Source of the DNA: Hydrolagus colliei
Taxonomy: Eukaryota
Direction of reading: 5' to 3'
Length of the DNA: 64,000 bases
Assembly: GCA_035084275.1 (NCBI GenBank)
Contig: CM068749.1
Coordinates: 17,670,001 to 17,734,000, forward strand
Shown: piece after piece, positions 62,805 through 64,000 of the stretch
Numbering within the stretch: position 1 is the stretch's first letter
How the letters are laid out: each line of letters begins with the position of its first letter
The notes under the pieces: model-generated
The model's input: the letters and a program-made list of their open reading frames with translations, nothing else
Databases searched by the model: none
Told to the model about the DNA's origin: nothing
Made by a program: the position numbers and the translations under genes

Positions 62805-62900
62805 GACCTTGCATTTATAGGTGAACTCATCAGTGGAGCTTGACTCCACAATCTTCTGACTCAAAGGCGAGAGTGTTAACCAACAGAGTCAAGCGGACAC
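62805..62900 (-). mobile_element. Internally deleted SINE (tRNA-like head fused to tail end)
   Basis: GTGTCCGCTTGACTCTGTTGGTTAACACTCTCGCCTTTGAGTCAGAAGATTGTGGAGTCAAGCTCCACT...CTATAAATGCAAGGTC. Confidence 0.6.
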
Positions 62901-63789
62901 ACAGTGCTGCAAGAGAAAAGCGATCCGGGAAAATGATCCTAAATATACAGGCAGGAAGGTTTTACAGTGGAAAGGATCCAAACTAAACTTAACTGCATAA
63001 TGTGTGCATATTAGTGGTCTATTCCATGCCCCATAAACTTCAGTATTATACAGAAAAATTAGGCAGCTGTACAACATATGTATCCTTTTCCATTAAATCA
63101 ATCCCTGCCTGTATCTGTTATTTTAATTCCAGCTATTGCAACTGCTTAAATGTTCATTATTTTGTAATTCGTTAGGAATTGATAGTTGCAAGAGCTCCTT
63201 CACAAGACCACAGAATGACTCTTTGATTTATGGGAAAACCTACATTTGCATTACAATAATAATAATCTAAGTCAGATCCTTGCATAAATTATGTTTTGCA
63301 CTGTTCTAGGTATAATTAATAGGGGAAAGGCTTTTTCCTTTATTCTAAACTGTCATTTCCTTGAGCTTTTGTTTTAAAGCCTTTCAGATCTGCAACACAT
63401 TCCAATTTAATGTTTATTGCCTTATAATTGTCAATTGTTTTTTTTAAGGGAGTTTGTACATCAGTGTAAAGAGGAACAATTTTTTGTGATATACATTATG
63501 ATTATTTTATGCAATTGCTGCATTTTTTTTCAGAATTTACATTAGATGCGCCAGGCCTGCATTGTTGTTAGGTTTGCAAGTTCTTAAGTACTTTTGAGAA
63601 ACCATGCCATTTTTGTCATTAGTTTGATGGATAACCCGTGTTCTGCAGTTTAAGTCAATGTCTTCAATACGTTATTTGCCATGACACCTCACGAACCTGG
63701 ATTAGCAGCTGGTGCTGAGTATGTCTGATACGCAGCATTGAACCTCAATCTCTAAACATCAAGGTAGCTGGCACTTTGCAAGCTCTCCT

Positions 63790-64000
63790 GTAAAAGTCCT
63801 CCCATTACACTGAACTTCCGCACGACCCGCCCTACCATCGGTGGCCGGGCATTCAGCTTCTCAGCCCCCACACTCTGGAACTCAATCCCGCAGTCCTTCC
63901 ACCCCGCGACCTCCCGGCACTTTGGGACGTCCTCCCGACTTGAAAGGCGCTCTATAAATGTAATTTTGTTGTTGTTGCTTCCTTCATGGCCAGTCTCAAG
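63790..64000 (+). mobile_element. Young L2 3' fragment with internal deletion or rearrangement
   Basis: RTTRPTIGGRAFSFSAPTLWNSIPQS, then the tail and (TTG)n, then the L2 sequence restarts (CTTCATGGCCAGTCTCAAG). Confidence 0.9.

Noticed and set aside
63520-63576. Possible exon 2 of the plus-strand gene (TTTTTTTTCAG|AATTTAC...)
   Set aside because: In phase 0 it hits TAG after 3 codons, and the donor is weak.

Overview
AT-rich vertebrate genomic DNA, almost entirely intronic or intergenic, with one sized assembly gap (24125-24288). The repeat content points to a cartilaginous fish, probably a holocephalan such as Callorhinchus (inference): L2 3' ends with (TTG)n tails, CR1 and RTE remnants, tRNA-headed Deu-domain SINEs, and LF-SINE- and AmnSINE2-like relics. 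None of the listed ORFs looks like a host protein; the protein-like ones are LINE fragments or low-complexity artefacts. The main functional landmark is a GC/G-tract-rich bidirectional promoter at about 54.6-56.2 kb. A plus-strand gene starts there with a 7-codon first exon (MAAEALQ|GTAAGA). A minus-strand gene starts with a non-coding exon (donor 55258|GTAAGT), and its long 5' introns probably span the left 55 kb, which holds several candidate UTR or alternative first exons. I could not identify either gene. Items worth follow-up: a hammerhead-ribozyme-like motif (1380-1433), a Meis+Pbx/Hox enhancer grammar (49.8 kb), two strong CTCF sites, a Tc1/mariner (Tigger-like) MITE with an apparent excess of TACAGTA/TACTGTA footprints, L2 tails nested in SINE tails, and a perfect 16-bp hairpin. 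I found no evidence of a wholly new multi-gene system. Repeat family names are from remembered consensus features, not from a database search.
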